DNA of 63,610 nt, counting the filler, from Perkinsus chesapeaki ATCC PRA-425 (Eukaryota > Protista > Perkinsozoa): NCBI GenBank assembly GCA_013115145.1. It is 8 parts of 8 records of this genome, joined end to end, with 100 filler letters (N's around TTAATTAATTAA, not from the genome) between each part and the next. Parts side by side here need not be neighbours in the genome. Positions count along the whole stretch, not along the records: positions 8,055 to 28,925 come from JAAPAO010000610.1; positions 29,026 to 40,350 come from JAAPAO010000851.1; 6 more parts are not named here. One strand, written 5' to 3'. Positions 21,169 through 34,673 of the stretch are shown here, one piece after another. Every line of letters starts with the position of its first letter. Within the stretch, counting starts at the first letter, position 1. The translations under genes were made by a program, and so were the position numbers. Below the pieces are notes generated by a model that worked only from the letters and a program-made list of their open reading frames with translations, was not told the origin of the DNA and did not search any database.

Positions 21169-24100
21169 TTAATCTTTCCTAGTCAACTTGTACAATCGGA
21201 GATTCCAATCTCCCTCCTCCGGTGCCGTAATGTCGTGCTCTTCCAGGATTTTGAACTGAACAATACAACAATAAATAACATATAGTCACTTTTGACATCT
21301 GAACCCTCAAACAGTTACTCCCTCACTTTCCCTTACCGTGCCATCGGTCTCTTGCCCACAACCATCGTTCTCCTCAACCAGCGCCGAGTAAAGCAGCTCG
21401 CAGTTTAACCCTCTCTGGCGGCACAACTTCGTGAAGAACCTCCAACGAACCCACTAGCGACTTCATGAGCAGTAAGATCAACGAACCTTTTCTCGACTTT
21501 CCAGTTCCTCTTGATTTGCCCAATGTATGCCACCGCCTTCGGCCTGGCATTTAGGAGCTGCTGGAAGGTGTCAGCTAACGGCGCCATGAGCGAGTCGAAA
21601 TACACCTGATGAGGGGGGTTATACCTTACAAGCGAAGATGCAATCAATCGAGAAGAAGTTGGTGTGTAAAGAAGCGTGTAGAGGAACAAAATAAATAAGC
21701 TGACTGAAAAATATTAAAGATAAACCTAAGTTCGAAGGATAAGATAAATGAAAAGGAGATGCGTTCACGTGAGTATCAGATGTTAAACCGGTGAACATTA
21801 CATTTGGTGACAAAATCCTACTATACATTTTAAATTCGCTCATGGTACTTGTTAGAGTGAAGAGCCTCCTACATTGATAAACAGAAATTACTCATTTCAC
21901 TTCACAATAGCGCGAGGGATGTATTTCAAACTTCGAGATGCTTACCAGCCCCGAACCGCAGACCCAAAGCTCGCGATCCTCCTCGTTTCCGTCAGCACTC
22001 AGAGCCTCTATAACTTTCTTGCCTGCTTCAAGATCACCCCATGGAAGTGGCATGAGACTAGTCTTAGCCTTAACCTGAAGAAGCAGCTGTAACTCTAGTT
22101 ATTAAGAACCGATGCTACGATGCACTCATGCTCCAAATAAGAAACTTGAAAATTTGAAGAAGCTGGAACTTTGAAATGGTGAAGAACGAAATCCTAATTT
22201 GTGAATACTTGTTCACTGTACAATACAGAATTACACTGAAATGAATTCAAAGGGGATACGGGAATTGACAATTTCAAATTGTGCAAATGGCAATACATAA
22301 CATATTTAACAATTCCCGAGCAATCCTGCCTCTTCATCGTTGAGATCCAATGAACGTTGTGGAGATCCTAATTGATCCTCTAGGTCGGTGAGCAAAACCT
22401 GGTGGGAACCTAACAACGAAAGACAAAAATGTGTACATCACACGACAAGAAATTCGACAATCAATTTACATATATTTTCTCACTACTATTTCTCTACAAC
22501 CGGGAATGCAGTTTTTACACTGGCAGCAAAACAAAAAACTCCCCCGTACTGTCGCACAGACTTGCGGCCCTCCTTGCCTCTATTAACCGAGGCGTATACC
22601 GTATAATTCCCCGCCACGCAGGGTGAGGCATTAACCTTGACGGAATCCTGCCACGACACTCATGAGGGGTTCTCTGTCCACCTATATAAAGGTCGGCACT
22701 GCGATCAGGTAACTAATCACTCATCAAGTTCACTATGAAGCCCGAGAAAACTTCCCGGGGTTCACGCAGAATTATTTTCCATGAACAGGAGTCAAACGCC
22801 CCTCTAATGTCAGCCAGCACCAATAAGAATTGATCACAAACCTTATTAGTTTTATCATATGAGCCATATATAATATCATCAGCAAACTTAGTGGTACTAC
22901 CACTGCGGTAGATCTCCCAGATGTGTAGGCAAACTGCCATCTAAGGTGACCCACCTCCCCAGAAGCAATTTCATGCTTTCCCGATCGGGGAGTTCCTGAT
23001 CGCCGCCCCCCCCAGGGCTAGCGTTTTTAACATGAAGTAGTCTTAGAAGAGTCTCATAGCGGCTCAATGAGGTCCACTAAGGACCGTCCTCATACTCCAT
23101 ACCTCATGCGCTAGGCATAAGACCTTCCTCAATGATGGCATCAGGAAGCATTGCTTCCTCATGCAATCTATTATATCGCTCCTTGCTGCAATAGCGTGTA
23201 GTCTACCAGCACGTGTCCGCGTTCAAAGACTTCCTCGAGCAGTTAGACGCCGTTTCCGATTTGGTTGTCGGGAGCATCCCGAGGGGATGATGCAGAAGTG
23301 GACAGCAGGTTTCCGAGGGCGCCGTCCGTCATTTTCCAATCATAAACTGTTTCCGTGTGTTCGTCTGTGATTACCACAGATTCTATTATTTCTACAAACA
23401 CCGTGGAATTGCTGAATATCTCAGTGTAACAACTAAGGACCGTGCATTTTCCTTAGGCAAATCGCGAAAACTTTTATTTTTCGGCCAATTTTGAGAGTTT
23501 TGTCCTGAAATTCGAAGGTTGACAAGCCTTGAACCTGTAGTAATAAATACTAAGTACAAGGTCAAATATGAAACGGTTTGTGTTATATCACAGGGCGGGC
23601 AAATAATTTTTTCACGATTTGCCTAAGGAAAATGCACGGTCCTTAATACCACATCACCGAGCCGTAGTGATACGATTCGTATCATACGGAAGCAATACAT
23701 CATGCACTTACAAAGAATGCGATGTCAGCAGCTGCATCACGCGCTCCATAATTCATCCCACCATTACCTTTACTGGCTGCCACAGCTAACCCAACCAGCC
23801 CAGCACCGCATCCAATATCAATGAAGTCAACAGGGGAATCTGTGTGATTCTTCAATTCCTTCGCGAGAAACTTAGTTAGCAACTACATAACAAACATAAC
23901 AATTAACACCATTCTCTTTCACCCCTCTGGCATACAGTAAGCTACTTCCTGAATTCTAAAAGTTGAATTAATAAAACGGTGAGATTCCTCCCAAAAATAA
24001 ACACTCCCCAGAGGTAGGAACGGAAGACGGCCTCGGTTGTGCAAGCATGATGCTTACATGAGCGCTTGGCCAAATCCTCCAGGCATAGCCTCTACCTCTC

Positions 24101-24207
24101 TCATGCACAACTGAGATCTCATGATCAAGGTCATCATTTTCCATCTTATATACATGCGCCACCGTCTCAGTGTGGATACTTGGGTCGTACTCCTGCGTAG
24201 CGGTCAT
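21169..24207 (-). CDS. SAM-dependent protein methyltransferase (Methyltransf_16 / METTL21-like), multi-exon
   Basis: Exons GYAWRIWPSA, DFIDIGCGAGLVGLAVA, YFDSLMAPLADTFQQLL...IKRNWKVEKRF; last exon ...WNLRLYKLTRKD*. Confidence 0.72.
22713..22940 (-). mobile_element. Non-LTR RT relic within the methyltransferase intron
   Basis: YRSGST...FLLVLADIRGAFDSCSWKIIL (RT domain 3). Confidence 0.65.
23436..23643. mobile_element. MITE, 208 bp, ~35-bp TIRs, TA on both flanks
   Basis: AGGACCGTGCATTTTCCTTAGGCAAATCGCGAAAA ... TTTTCACGATTTGCCTAAGGAAAATGCACGGTCCT (1 mismatch). Confidence 0.88.
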
Positions 24208-24430
24208 TGGGGGAAGGGGAATTAGAATATCCTTAGGAGAGTGATCGATGTAGGTTAAATATATTAGAATTTGTTGAGTTACAAGTCAGAGTATTAAAAA
24301 GAAAGGGAACACCGTCACAGTCAGCCATCCAGATGCTTTCTCAATGGAAACATCCTCGCAACACGAGAACTTATGGAAATAGAAAACAATATTACATATT
24401 TTACGTATCAATAATGCAACCTGAGAATAA

Positions 24431-24500
24431 TCACTCAGCAAGGATTTGAACCCACGTTCAAACGAATGACAACATAACGCTCTACCCACTGAGCTACCTT
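24431..24500 (-). pseudogene. tRNA pseudogene / tRNA-derived relic
   Basis: GGTAGCTCAGTGGGTAGAGCG A box and GGTTCAAATCC B box; anticodon and acceptor stems do not pair. Confidence 0.55.
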
Positions 24501-26536
24501 TACACGAATTCTATTCTTCGTCTTCATAGGACGACCATTCTTCATCGCTGCTCGTCGAATCAGTGAAGTCCGTCGAACTATCATCAGCTATCTGAGGCAC
24601 CAAATCTCGGAGAGCAAAGTACCTAGATGCATGCAATTTAGTGGCGCGTGACGCATGCATAACCTTACACTTCCACCAACTGAGGTGTTGATACCTCCAA
24701 CGTTTCGAATGGCAACAGCAATCTGGAATCCTTCGCTGTGCGCAAAGATACTTCCGAACTCGCTGGTGTATCATCAGCTTCGACCTCGATCGCAAGATAC
24801 GTTATGATTCGGAAGCCATAAACCTACATAAACCGATCACGTGATCGATTATGCAAATAGCTATCTTACAGCTTCTTGTAGTATAACATCTTTTACCGAG
24901 CTTATCTGAATGAACTCGGTCTTCAACGCACCGTTACCATATAACGTCTGCAACTGCACTCCCAAACCCCTCACTAATAATACCTAAACACAGATATCAC
25001 TTCTTTGAAAAGATTCTTTTCGATTAAGATTCAATACCGATGATAAGTCTTACGGGAGGAGATAGAGAACCGATCGGAAAGGTTGTAGTAGAACCCTCCT
25101 TGTGTAGTAAGAGTAGATGGCCGACAGCATGACTCAATTTCGGTGGATGAACGCTCCCTAATATACAACGCATTGGACCCTCGCGGGCAGATTTCTTCAC
25201 CCTCAGCTGAGAGCTCATTTCTCTATGTAAGCAGCTCTTCGCCCGACCGTAGCGCGGCGCCCAATACAAATATCAACGTGATTCATACGGCAATAAAGAG
25301 GACTTTCCTTCATCTTGCAAACGCTTCCTCTCTTGTTCAAGAATTCCTACGCAAATCGCAGAGAGTGGTCCACTTTTTCGCAATATTACAATCCACTCCT
25401 CCACCTTTCGGCCCTCAAATCGCCACCCTCTGCCACATCCTCGTAATTCCCCTCCCCGCTTAAATTCCAACACGAAAAGTTGATTGCAGAAGATCTTTCT
25501 GCATTCAGAGTTCCCACTCAAAAAGCAAGTCATTTAATTAAAATGCCGGCAAGAATCAAAGTCATCTGATCATTCAGAAGCTTTCCCAATGGAGCCAGCC
25601 ACTTCGCTCGTTCGCTGCACAATTTCCAAACCAGAGAGGAGTCGCGTAGCAATAATTACACAGGAGAAAGGTCACCTCCTGAAAGTCAAAAACTCTTACA
25701 CCGATCGGCGGTGGAGTGCAAAAGTGATGATGAAACTATTTATCGAATCTTTAGCACAAACGTCCCAAGCGGCCGAGAGTACATGAAATCTCTACAGTGA
25801 GAGAGCATTCAACCACCAAAGAGAGAATCTTTCATTTTTCTAGGAATTTCAAAAAGCGCGTTGTGTGCAGCTACTCTTCCGAATCCCCCCTATTACACTT
25901 TCCTCAGTAACTCTTCCGTTCCTAATAAACACCTTCCGCACCATTATAAGCAATAATGCTACCAACGCTGGTGACCACAAATGCGCCAAAAAATTATACT
26001 GGGATTTATTCTGGGATGCTGCGAAGATTGAATATAAAGCTGCAATCACCATACTCACCACCCCTACCTGCGAGACACAAAAACAGTAATTTTTACATCA
26101 AAGGGAATCCCAATCGAATATAAATGATATATTCAATATATAGGTTAATTTTTGATCATTGTAAGATATATCTTCCTTTATAAACCATTCAGCAGTTTTC
26201 TTATTTGGTTAGTGGCAGCCGACCATTCAGAAAAACAGACCGAAGATATATATTCATTTATAATAGTAACAGGAGCTCCCAATCCAATGATCAGGGAATC
26301 ATACGGCAGCAGTACACCGTTGACAATGATGCTGCTTGGATTAAATCTTCATCTGAACTACTGCCACCCAACTTGGAATCGAATAGGGCACAAGATTCCC
26401 CAGATGGCAACGACTACCAATATTCCAGGTAGGTCTGAAATTCGTTAACTATGTAAAATCAGAATTCCTGATCTATGAAAATTTCACAACCGAATTCCGA
26501 AGTTGCGATTTTTAATAAACAATAAATTCCGACGCT

Positions 26537-26623
26537 AAAATGTTCCATAAAACCGGAACTTCGCGAAAATCTTCCATCAAACCGGAACTTCGCGAAAATG
26601 TTCCATAAAACCGGAACTTCGCG
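26537..26623 (+). repeat. 29-bp tandem repeat x3
   Basis: AAAATGTTCCATAAAACCGGAACTTCGCG, three copies with two substitutions in copy 2. Confidence 0.9.
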
Positions 26624-28039
26624 ACGTACACCCCCTGATCGGAGTTAAATTGCAGTCTGAAAGGAATTCTGATTGGCATTAGTCCATCAATGCTTAACTT
26701 CCTAAAAATCCCTGCAAAAATGAATCTGTAATCGGTTCGAAATTCCTGTATTTTATAATCGAACTATAAACTAACAACATAATAAATATTTTAACGGTCA
26801 TATGATTACCATGTAACAACATAATATGTAAAAATATAATATTTACCAAGATACTGTAAAAGTACGGAACACAATCAGTTTATGTCTGCCGACTTCAGCG
26901 CCATAATTTCCCACCAAATCATCAACCGAAATCCCTCGGCATTTTCCTTCCTCGCCTACATGAATAGTTTCAAACTCGCGAAATCCCATACCGAATTTTC
27001 CTCGGAAATTCGCAACCAATACCAACTTTGTTCCACCAACATATTACCATTATAGCGGACCACAAATATTTCCCATTTTTCGAATCGCACGTATCGATCG
27101 GTGTGGCTCGATAAAGTGTAGTGTCTTGTGTGATGTGCTCAACCTCAAGCTCACAGACCGGTTCAACCTCCTGGGAATCTTTCATTATTAAAGGCAACTG
27201 GAAGGATTTCGAATACATAAGAAATTAGACAATTTATTGTAAGCAGTAGCGCGCGCCACGCTGATCGATTTATGCGAGCAGTTTGCGTACCTCCCCGGGG
27301 AAGGGGTATCTTATGTCGAAGCGTGCTTGATTCATAATAAGTCTCGATCTTTCAGTTCCTCCTTCGTTACAATCCGATTGTGCTGCCCCTATCTGCTGCT
27401 TATTCGAGGATAGTAATGTCGGTAAGGAATCCTATACTAAATATATTAATGGTAATAACAATACAGCTACAAGGGACGTAGAGCATATCGTAGTTGCTAA
27501 ATTCTATAGCACTATATACGTATCTATATCCATTCATTATATATAATAATAATATCACTACTTCGTTATATTTCTTCAAAGTGCCGCACTCCTTTGACTG
27601 CCGCTCGCCTGCCTGCAAAAATTTATTTCCTTTTGTAGTTAATGTCATATCATTATTTATATTATTATTCATCTTTATTTATAAATATAATTTATATTTT
27701 AATATATATCAACATCTCGGTATAATATAATTTATATCATCATTCACTTTCCATCACAATTACGTCAAAGTGCCTATTACACCAGTTTACAGTATGCTTT
27801 TTAATATAGGGTATATTAGTATCCATTCGTTGAGTCTACTATTATTGTCCCTATGTGCTTGTATATGTCTTCAAACAGTAGTTTCCTAGGAGTAAGTCCA
27901 CTTTCCACCTTCCACTTTTGTGATAGTTCTGTTAGAAGGTAACTCACCACAAGGCCGACCGATTGGCATATAGTAGGTATAGCTCAATGATATTGCCAAG
28001 CTCACTATAGCTCAATCCGTGGCATAAAACATCTCGTGT

Positions 28040-28828
28040 TGTTTTAAGGTTTTTACGATTTTTCTATCAGAAAAATCCTCATCGATTATCTTTCAGAACT
28101 GCTCCACAACTCTAACAACAATCCCTGATGAATATTTTAGTAAAGTCGACATGGTAATGGTAGAAGCTGTACTGGACCAAATAGAGCGTATCATTTCTGG
28201 AAAGTAAGTGAAAAACTCATTAAACAGTTTAAATGGCTATCTGTAGGAGGTTGATGCTTGCACGTGACGATGAGGAGGATTCCTCAAACCCGGGCTACGA
28301 TGACGATATCATTTCTGTAAGCACACCGGCGCGTCGAACGTCATCAACAAGGCCCGACGAATCTAATGAAGATATGGATAATATTGAAGACGATCACATT
28401 GCGGTAAATAATAAGGTGAATGAGCTTTTGGAAGTTGAGGGTTTGAATTCATCCCACACGCCTTCTTCAGGACTGCATTTATTCTGATAGAAGATCCAGG
28501 CTTGGTAGTGTGGAGGAATCATTTCATAGGTGGGTTAACCACGGAAGATCTTTGTGAGGTTGATTGTATGTTACTACTACTTACGGTTTCCAGTGAATTA
28601 ATACGACGCGCACATCTTTTCTTTTTCCGCTATCATATCGCCTCGAGATTCGCTGTTTCTAACATCGCTAGCTGCATGATTGTATCGTATTGGATTTTCA
28701 GACCATTCGTTGATGAGCATTACGATAAGTTGATGAGCTCACTTCCCGTAGAGGGGGCCAGCAACAGCAATTCTGGCGATGAGATGGATGACCCTCGTGA
28801 TGATGATGATGAAGACGACGGATGGTAG
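28040..28828 (+). CDS. 3' exons of a hypothetical acidic-tailed protein
   Basis: Open segments separated by GT-AG intron-like stretches, ending DDPRDDDDEDDGW*. Confidence 0.4.
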
Positions 28829-28851
28829 GGGGTCTTGAGGGGTACACGAAT

Positions 28852-28925
28852 TATATGTTACTAGTGATACGGAGGAGGAGGAGATATAATAGAAAGGAGT
28901 TTGATAGGAAATATGTTACTAGTGA
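28852..28925 (+). repeat. ~52-58-bp minisatellite at the contig end
   Basis: ATATGTTACTAGTGATACG(GA)GGAG...ATAATAGAAAGGAGTTTGATAGGAA; same unit as 40216-40350. Confidence 0.85.
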
Positions 28926-29025
28926 NNNNNNNNNNNNNNNNNNNNNNNNNNNNNNNNNNNNNNNNNNNNTTAATTAATTAANNNNNNNNNNNNNNNNNNN
29001 NNNNNNNNNNNNNNNNNNNNNNNNN
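28926..29025. other. Artificial contig linker
   Basis: N-TTAATTAATTAA-N. Confidence 0.97.
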
Positions 29026-29084
29026 AATTTTATGAACGTAATAAGTTAAGTTCTCCTCTCAAGATTGTATTTTATTGGGTTCGG

Positions 29085-29192
29085 ATAATTCACTACAAAT
29101 TCGAAGACGCTCTTGCTATGACCCTGTATACCGGTAAGAACAACACACCAGCAATCAGTCTCTACGAGAAGTTAGGCTTCGTCAATGTCGGT
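29085..29192 (+). CDS. GNAT acetyltransferase C-terminal exon (gene cut by the gap)
   Basis: HYKFEDALAMTLYTGKNNTPAISLYEKLGFVNVG (GNAT motif B) followed by a GTAAG donor. Confidence 0.65.
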
Positions 29193-30102
29193 GGTAAGTG
29201 GAGCTCTTGTATCACCTTTGTTCGACTCTCGTTTCCCAGACTATATGGGTTTTTGTGAGTTTGCCTATTATTATGCTAAGACTCGGCCGGGGACTTTGAG
29301 AAGCACAACACAAGCGTCTAGGCTGTAACCTCTACCCCAACCCTATCGCCCGTTGCACTGTAAGGCCTCCGTCATTTCACAAATATCTCATTGTTGGAGG
29401 CCTCGGGTGTGTTTATTTAGTAAGACTCTCACTATGAGAGTATCAGTTGGTCGGCAACGTTTATGAACTTGATATAAATATGTGACTGATTGGCACTTCG
29501 TTGATATTACGGAGTTATCTCAGAAGCATTATTCTCTAGAAGGCGGTTTTTGATACCTACACAAGACTTGAGTTCCGAAAGCTTTGTGAATTGTACGTTC
29601 ACTCGAATGAAGCAAAAAAGTTGAATAATCGGGATCCTCGAAAGCCATCACAGCGTCACATTCATTTGGCTCATGGCACTAGCCACCTGATTGCCAAGAA
29701 GTCATGATATGAATTTTGATTCTCGACTAAAGAACTCAACTGAGACCAGCATTGAAAATAGACTGTTATTGCCTTACCGCGCACAGTTCCAGGTAGAAAT
29801 GGCTGACGGTGATAATTGAGCAGCTAGAAAACTGGGCAAACACTGAGTGGTTACCACTCTGTTTTTGTCTTGAGAGGATAGGACAAGTGTCCAACGAACC
29901 TTAGTTCCAATATTGAGTAACAGGATAAATCAGCACTATTGCTTTCACCGTGAATACACACTTATCTCAGATAGCAGATAAGTTATCTGCCTGCAATAGC
30001 TACACATGACGTTGTAACTCAGCAGTTATTGAATGCAACTTTGTTCTCAGAGTCTTACTGTCGCGGAACAGCGATTTGACGAGTCATGACCAGAGGTATA
30101 TT

Positions 30103-30769
30103 GGAGTTTCACCGGTTTTACGTGTAAAGCTGCTTTTCGCGATGTGTAAAATGCGATGTGTTGTGTAGATATGACACTTCGCGTAATAACACTAGCGAAA
30201 AACGCAATAACGCGTTTTACACCTCCATCATAACGCGTTATAACACGTTTTTCGCGTTAACGCGTGAGTAAAACGCGTTTCTTGTAACACCTGTGAAACA
30301 CTGCAACTTTAAAGCTATATAACGCGGTATAGCGAGTCAAACACGGTCACAAACGCGATGCTACTATTAACGAAACACTAACTGGAATTCCGAAACTGCG
30401 AACTTGAATGTCACCAATGGAACCGGCCACGCTATTTAGATTGCTCACTTAGAGGCTCTCGCCCTTTTGTGGCCCTTTGTCGTAGCAGCTTTAGCCTTAG
30501 CTTTTGCTCGGCGACGCCCGCGCTCGTCTTGCAAAGCCTCGCCCTGGTCCTCTTAACTGGGATGGCCTTTCTCCTCGCCCCCGTCAGACTGGCAGCTGAC
30601 TGTCAGCTTGTGGCCCCGCACCCGAAGTGGTATAGCTACGCGTTTTCATACGCGTCAGTGAAACGGGTTTCGCGTTTAACGCGTTATGTGCGTTATTAGG
30701 CCACAAAACGTGTTGTGTTATGCGTTATGTGTTTTACACTAGCGTTTTACATAACGGGGGTGAAACTCC
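30103..30769. mobile_element. MITE-like element, 11-bp TIR, 3-bp ATT duplication, subterminal AACGCG/AACAC repeats
   Basis: ATT|GGAGTTTCACC ... GGTGAAACTCC|ATT; AACGCG/CGCGTT motifs in mirror orientation at the two ends. Confidence 0.8.
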
Positions 30770-31569
30770 ATTGCGTGAGGTAGCACGTGCTGAAATGACA
30801 GGGAAGTGGCTACATCATCCAACTCGATGAAACTGGACAGTTGTGCTTTCTCAAGTTCCTCCACCATGAGAGCTCGGAATGACAAATCAGTTTCAATGCT
30901 TCATGAACTAAGATGAGGACACGTTACTCAACTCGAATAATAATCGGCTTTTACATTGGTCAATACCATAAAACTCTTAGAAGTTCCCAATGTAATAAGT
31001 CTGCCGCTGGCACCGCGTCACAGGCGTTGTCCCGTAGGGTATTCCCTTAGCCCAATACGGTTGGATTTTCCTATTGCTATAAGAGGTCCTTTCGTTGAGC
31101 TCAATACCGCACAGGCTTAGCAATGCACGCCAGCATTCTACTACTGCAGTAGCACCCAGTGAAGTTGCCTATATTTGATACTACATGGCGCAGCGTAGAG
31201 TTCGTAATTCCCGCCCTGGCACAAGGCAGACGCACCAAACGAATTATATCTACGGACTAGAGAGTATCTCAATTGTAACGCCTTTCCCGGTTATCCACAA
31301 AGAAGGTAAACTAATAGCTACGATGGACAGCACCACGCGAGAAAGAGTAGAAATAAGTGCGGTGTGTCGAAATCCATTAACGAATAATTTGCTCTGAAGT
31401 TCAGGATCTCTACGAAGAAGGCGCAATCAGCTCCGCTATATATGCTCCTTAAAATATTGCACTCTGTCCTTCATAATATACCTTGCATAGGAACAACTGC
31501 TATATCGGATATAGTATATCCTATTTTAGGGAGATCAGTTCGTCGATGACACTGACTCAATATTTTTCT

Positions 31570-32892
31570 TATGAGCTATAACGGCAATAGACGGAAAACT
31601 CACGCGACTAGCAGTCTCACAGCGGCGCCCTTCATGTTGCTTGCTTGTTTGATTGTCCTGAGCGGCGTAGCTTTCCAAATTGAAGATCGCCGTGCCTGTC
31701 CGAGCAATCTTGGCGTCCCCATGAGGTATGATCCCCTACAAACCGGACCCTGAGTTGTTGACACTGTGGGCCATGCAGAGGCGTACATAGAGACATGTTT
31801 AGGCACATCTTTGGTTCGCCTGCGGGCCAGGAGCCAGGCTCCATCCGAACTTTATTGCCCTCTCTGGCAGAGAATCATCTTGTAGTGGAACTCAAAGTCA
31901 CTTGGCGTCTGTATCGTTACTTAAGTATCTTGCTAATACCAAATACATGAGGGCATTCTTCTACCTTTGGTTTTCCAATGTGGCTGTACTCTCAGTAACT
32001 GAAAGTATCCAACATCGTAACTATACGGATGGTGATCAATATGAAGGTGTTAAGCTCACCCAGTGCAAGTTCATGGGAAGTATACCCTGCTATGTAGCAG
32101 TTGATACCGATAGGAGTGCGAAGGTGAGAATCTTTATATCACATACAAGTCAAGTGCGGCAACCACTGGTCGTTACTGCACCTAAGCAGATAAGCCACCT
32201 ATCACTCTGTCTCAGACGGTTGTTGGATACATAAGGATTCGTGTTCCCTTCCAGCTGGATTCCGAAGAAGAAGAACTCGTTAGAGCCAAGTTGTGAGCAA
32301 CAAATCGCTATATCTCACGCTACTTGTACCATTGCTTAGGTTAAACCCCAAGCAGAAGGGAAACTTCGGCCGTGTAGTCTATGTAGGCGATCAGTAGTGT
32401 GCACCACAGCGGTCTTCAGTTACCTTAGTCTGTGTACAGTGCTGATCTTTTCGAATTCATTCATCCTCCCATCGTTTTCGTACATACTTGCTGAGCTTTT
32501 ACACTTTGATCCACATAGGTATATGTTTTATCTGGATTTCAGGTCGGAGTTGAGAAAGATTATCAAGGACATGGTATTGGACGCCAACTTGTAACATACG
32601 CCATCGAGAAGGTGAGTATCGTAAGTTGGCTTTGGCTATGGACCAGTTGACCGTTTCTTGTTGTCCGACTGCGATGCACCCAAACTTGCACGAATGTCAC
32701 CATGGTTAAACATTCTCTCAGCTGGAATTCAATCTGTTAGCTCGACTTAACCGAGTCGGTTCATGTCATTGAACATATGTCAAATGCTTAGGGAAAAGAA
32801 CGCAAAGACACTCTTGCTATGACCCTGTATACCGGTAAGAACAACACACCAGCAATCAGTCTCTACGAGAAGCTAGGCTTCGTCAATGTCGG
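31570..32892 (+). CDS. GNAT acetyltransferase paralog, multi-exon; possible N-terminal signal peptide
   Basis: KDTLAMTLYTGKNNTPAISLYEKLGF at ~32805-32892. Upstream MLLACLIVLSGVAFQ is hydrophobic, but its link to the GNAT exons is inferred. Confidence 0.5.
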
Positions 32893-33611
32893 TGGTAAGT
32901 GGAGCTCTTGTATCACCCTGTTTCGACTCTCGTTTCCCAGACTATGATATGGCTCATTACGAGTTTGCCTATTATTATGCTAAGACCCGATCGGAGACTT
33001 TGAGAAGGACAACACAGTTGTCTAGGCTGTAACCTCTATCCCAATCCTATCGCTAGTTGCATACTGAGGCCTCGGTGATTTGCAAATATCTTCTCACTAA
33101 AGGCCTCGGGTGTGCTCATTTAGTAATACTCTTTGTTGATATTACAAAGCTATCTCAGAAGCATTATTTGCTAGAAAGAGATGTTTGCTCCTGACATATG
33201 ACTTGAGTGCCTCAAGCTTAGTAAACCGTTCATTCTGAGTTAACTCTGTCAACACTGTCTCATGTACACTGTGAGACACACTAGACCAAGCACATCATTA
33301 TGACGCCGAAAGATCTCCTCTCGGGAATCTTACAAGAGCGTCTCTGCTTTGAGAGCCGCTGAGCTCGAAGTGTCGTTTATCCGTTCAACTAATTATCCGT
33401 TTCATGTCAACTCAGCAGTCACTAACGTAGAACTAAACACCTTAGTTTTATGCGTACGCCCGTATGACATGTGGGACATGAATGTAATAAAACGAACAAT
33501 AATCTCCATTGTACCGCCTAGGCAGAATATTGTTCGCTATGACAGAACTGACAAACAAGGAGGTTCTGGGAGTATATCTCAGAACGAGTAGAATGCTCGA
33601 GTGGTGTTGTC

Positions 33612-34232
33612 TCAAGCGCAGAAAGTGGTCCGAGCGCGGCCTCCACGATACACTTCAGCAGCACGGGCGATCCTTGAAAGCTGAGCGTCTTGGGCCTTCT
33701 TGAAGTGGGGATGTTCGCTGAAGTCTATGGTCATGAGAATGCCACCTTCAACTCCAACGTTTTCTGGATGGACTTTGATGAGGGGCTTCCCCAAGTCATA
33801 TCTCATGCAGAGCAACTCAGCGTAGGTCTCTATACGATGGGACTCCATCTCTTTGATTCTTCCAAGAGACTGAAAACGATGAGAAGAGTTACATTAAAGT
33901 GAGAAACGAGAATGCTGAGGAGCTCACAAGGCTGCAGTTTAACAAACTGTTAAAACCAGGAATTCGTGGTGAACCACTAGGGGACTTACGTCATCTTCAT
34001 TATCAGCGAGGAGGCCGGTCGAGTCCACTTTTCCTTTAATGTCACCAGAACCAACCATATCCAAAAGTGCAGATCTGAGTAGTTCACAGGTAACGCGGCG
34101 CTCATGACGGTCGATGCTTTCCATCGCCATGAACTTGAGTTGCTCGGTTGCCTCAACCAGTTCGGAGGCACTGGGAGGAATGTCCTCTTCATCTGAGGAC
34201 TCGGGAGTTGGGGGCGCTGGCCCCATTATGGT
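33612..34232 (-). CDS. Hypothetical protein, two or more exons
   Basis: ORFs 33939-34265 and 33612-33848 with coding-like composition, separated by an intron-like gap. Confidence 0.45.
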
Positions 34233-34673
34233 GAATCTCTTGTGAGTAGGTTTGTGAAGCGGCATTTATTAAGCGAAAACAGCGTAACGAGACGTGTAAG
34301 GACAAGGGCAACGGCGACTGCGAAAATGCGCAGTTGGCGAAGCGAAGCGATTCACGCGTTGATGTTTTCGTTTCTCGCGCGCCTTGAAAACATCGACAAG
34401 GGGTGGGTGACATTAATGTATCCTCAGGATTCTATCCTGCGAATAGAATCCTGTTGCACCTCGTGACCGTTGCCTGAAGAGTGTTGTTATACATGCCTAC
34501 TGGGCCTCAGTAACTGTGGGCTTCGTTGAATGGTGTGATAAGATGTACATGTTACGTTGTCTTGCTTCGGAACTCGTTGTAAACACAAAACCATAGATTA
34601 AGGGCAAACAATTAGGCGAGAGGCCGTTACTGGTTATTTCGAAAAAATGGAATAGAAAGTATCAAGGAAGAGT

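Noticed and set aside
27400-27730. ORFs in the AT-rich stretch
   Set aside because: Low-complexity Ile/Asn/Tyr-rich translations typical of AT-rich non-coding DNA.
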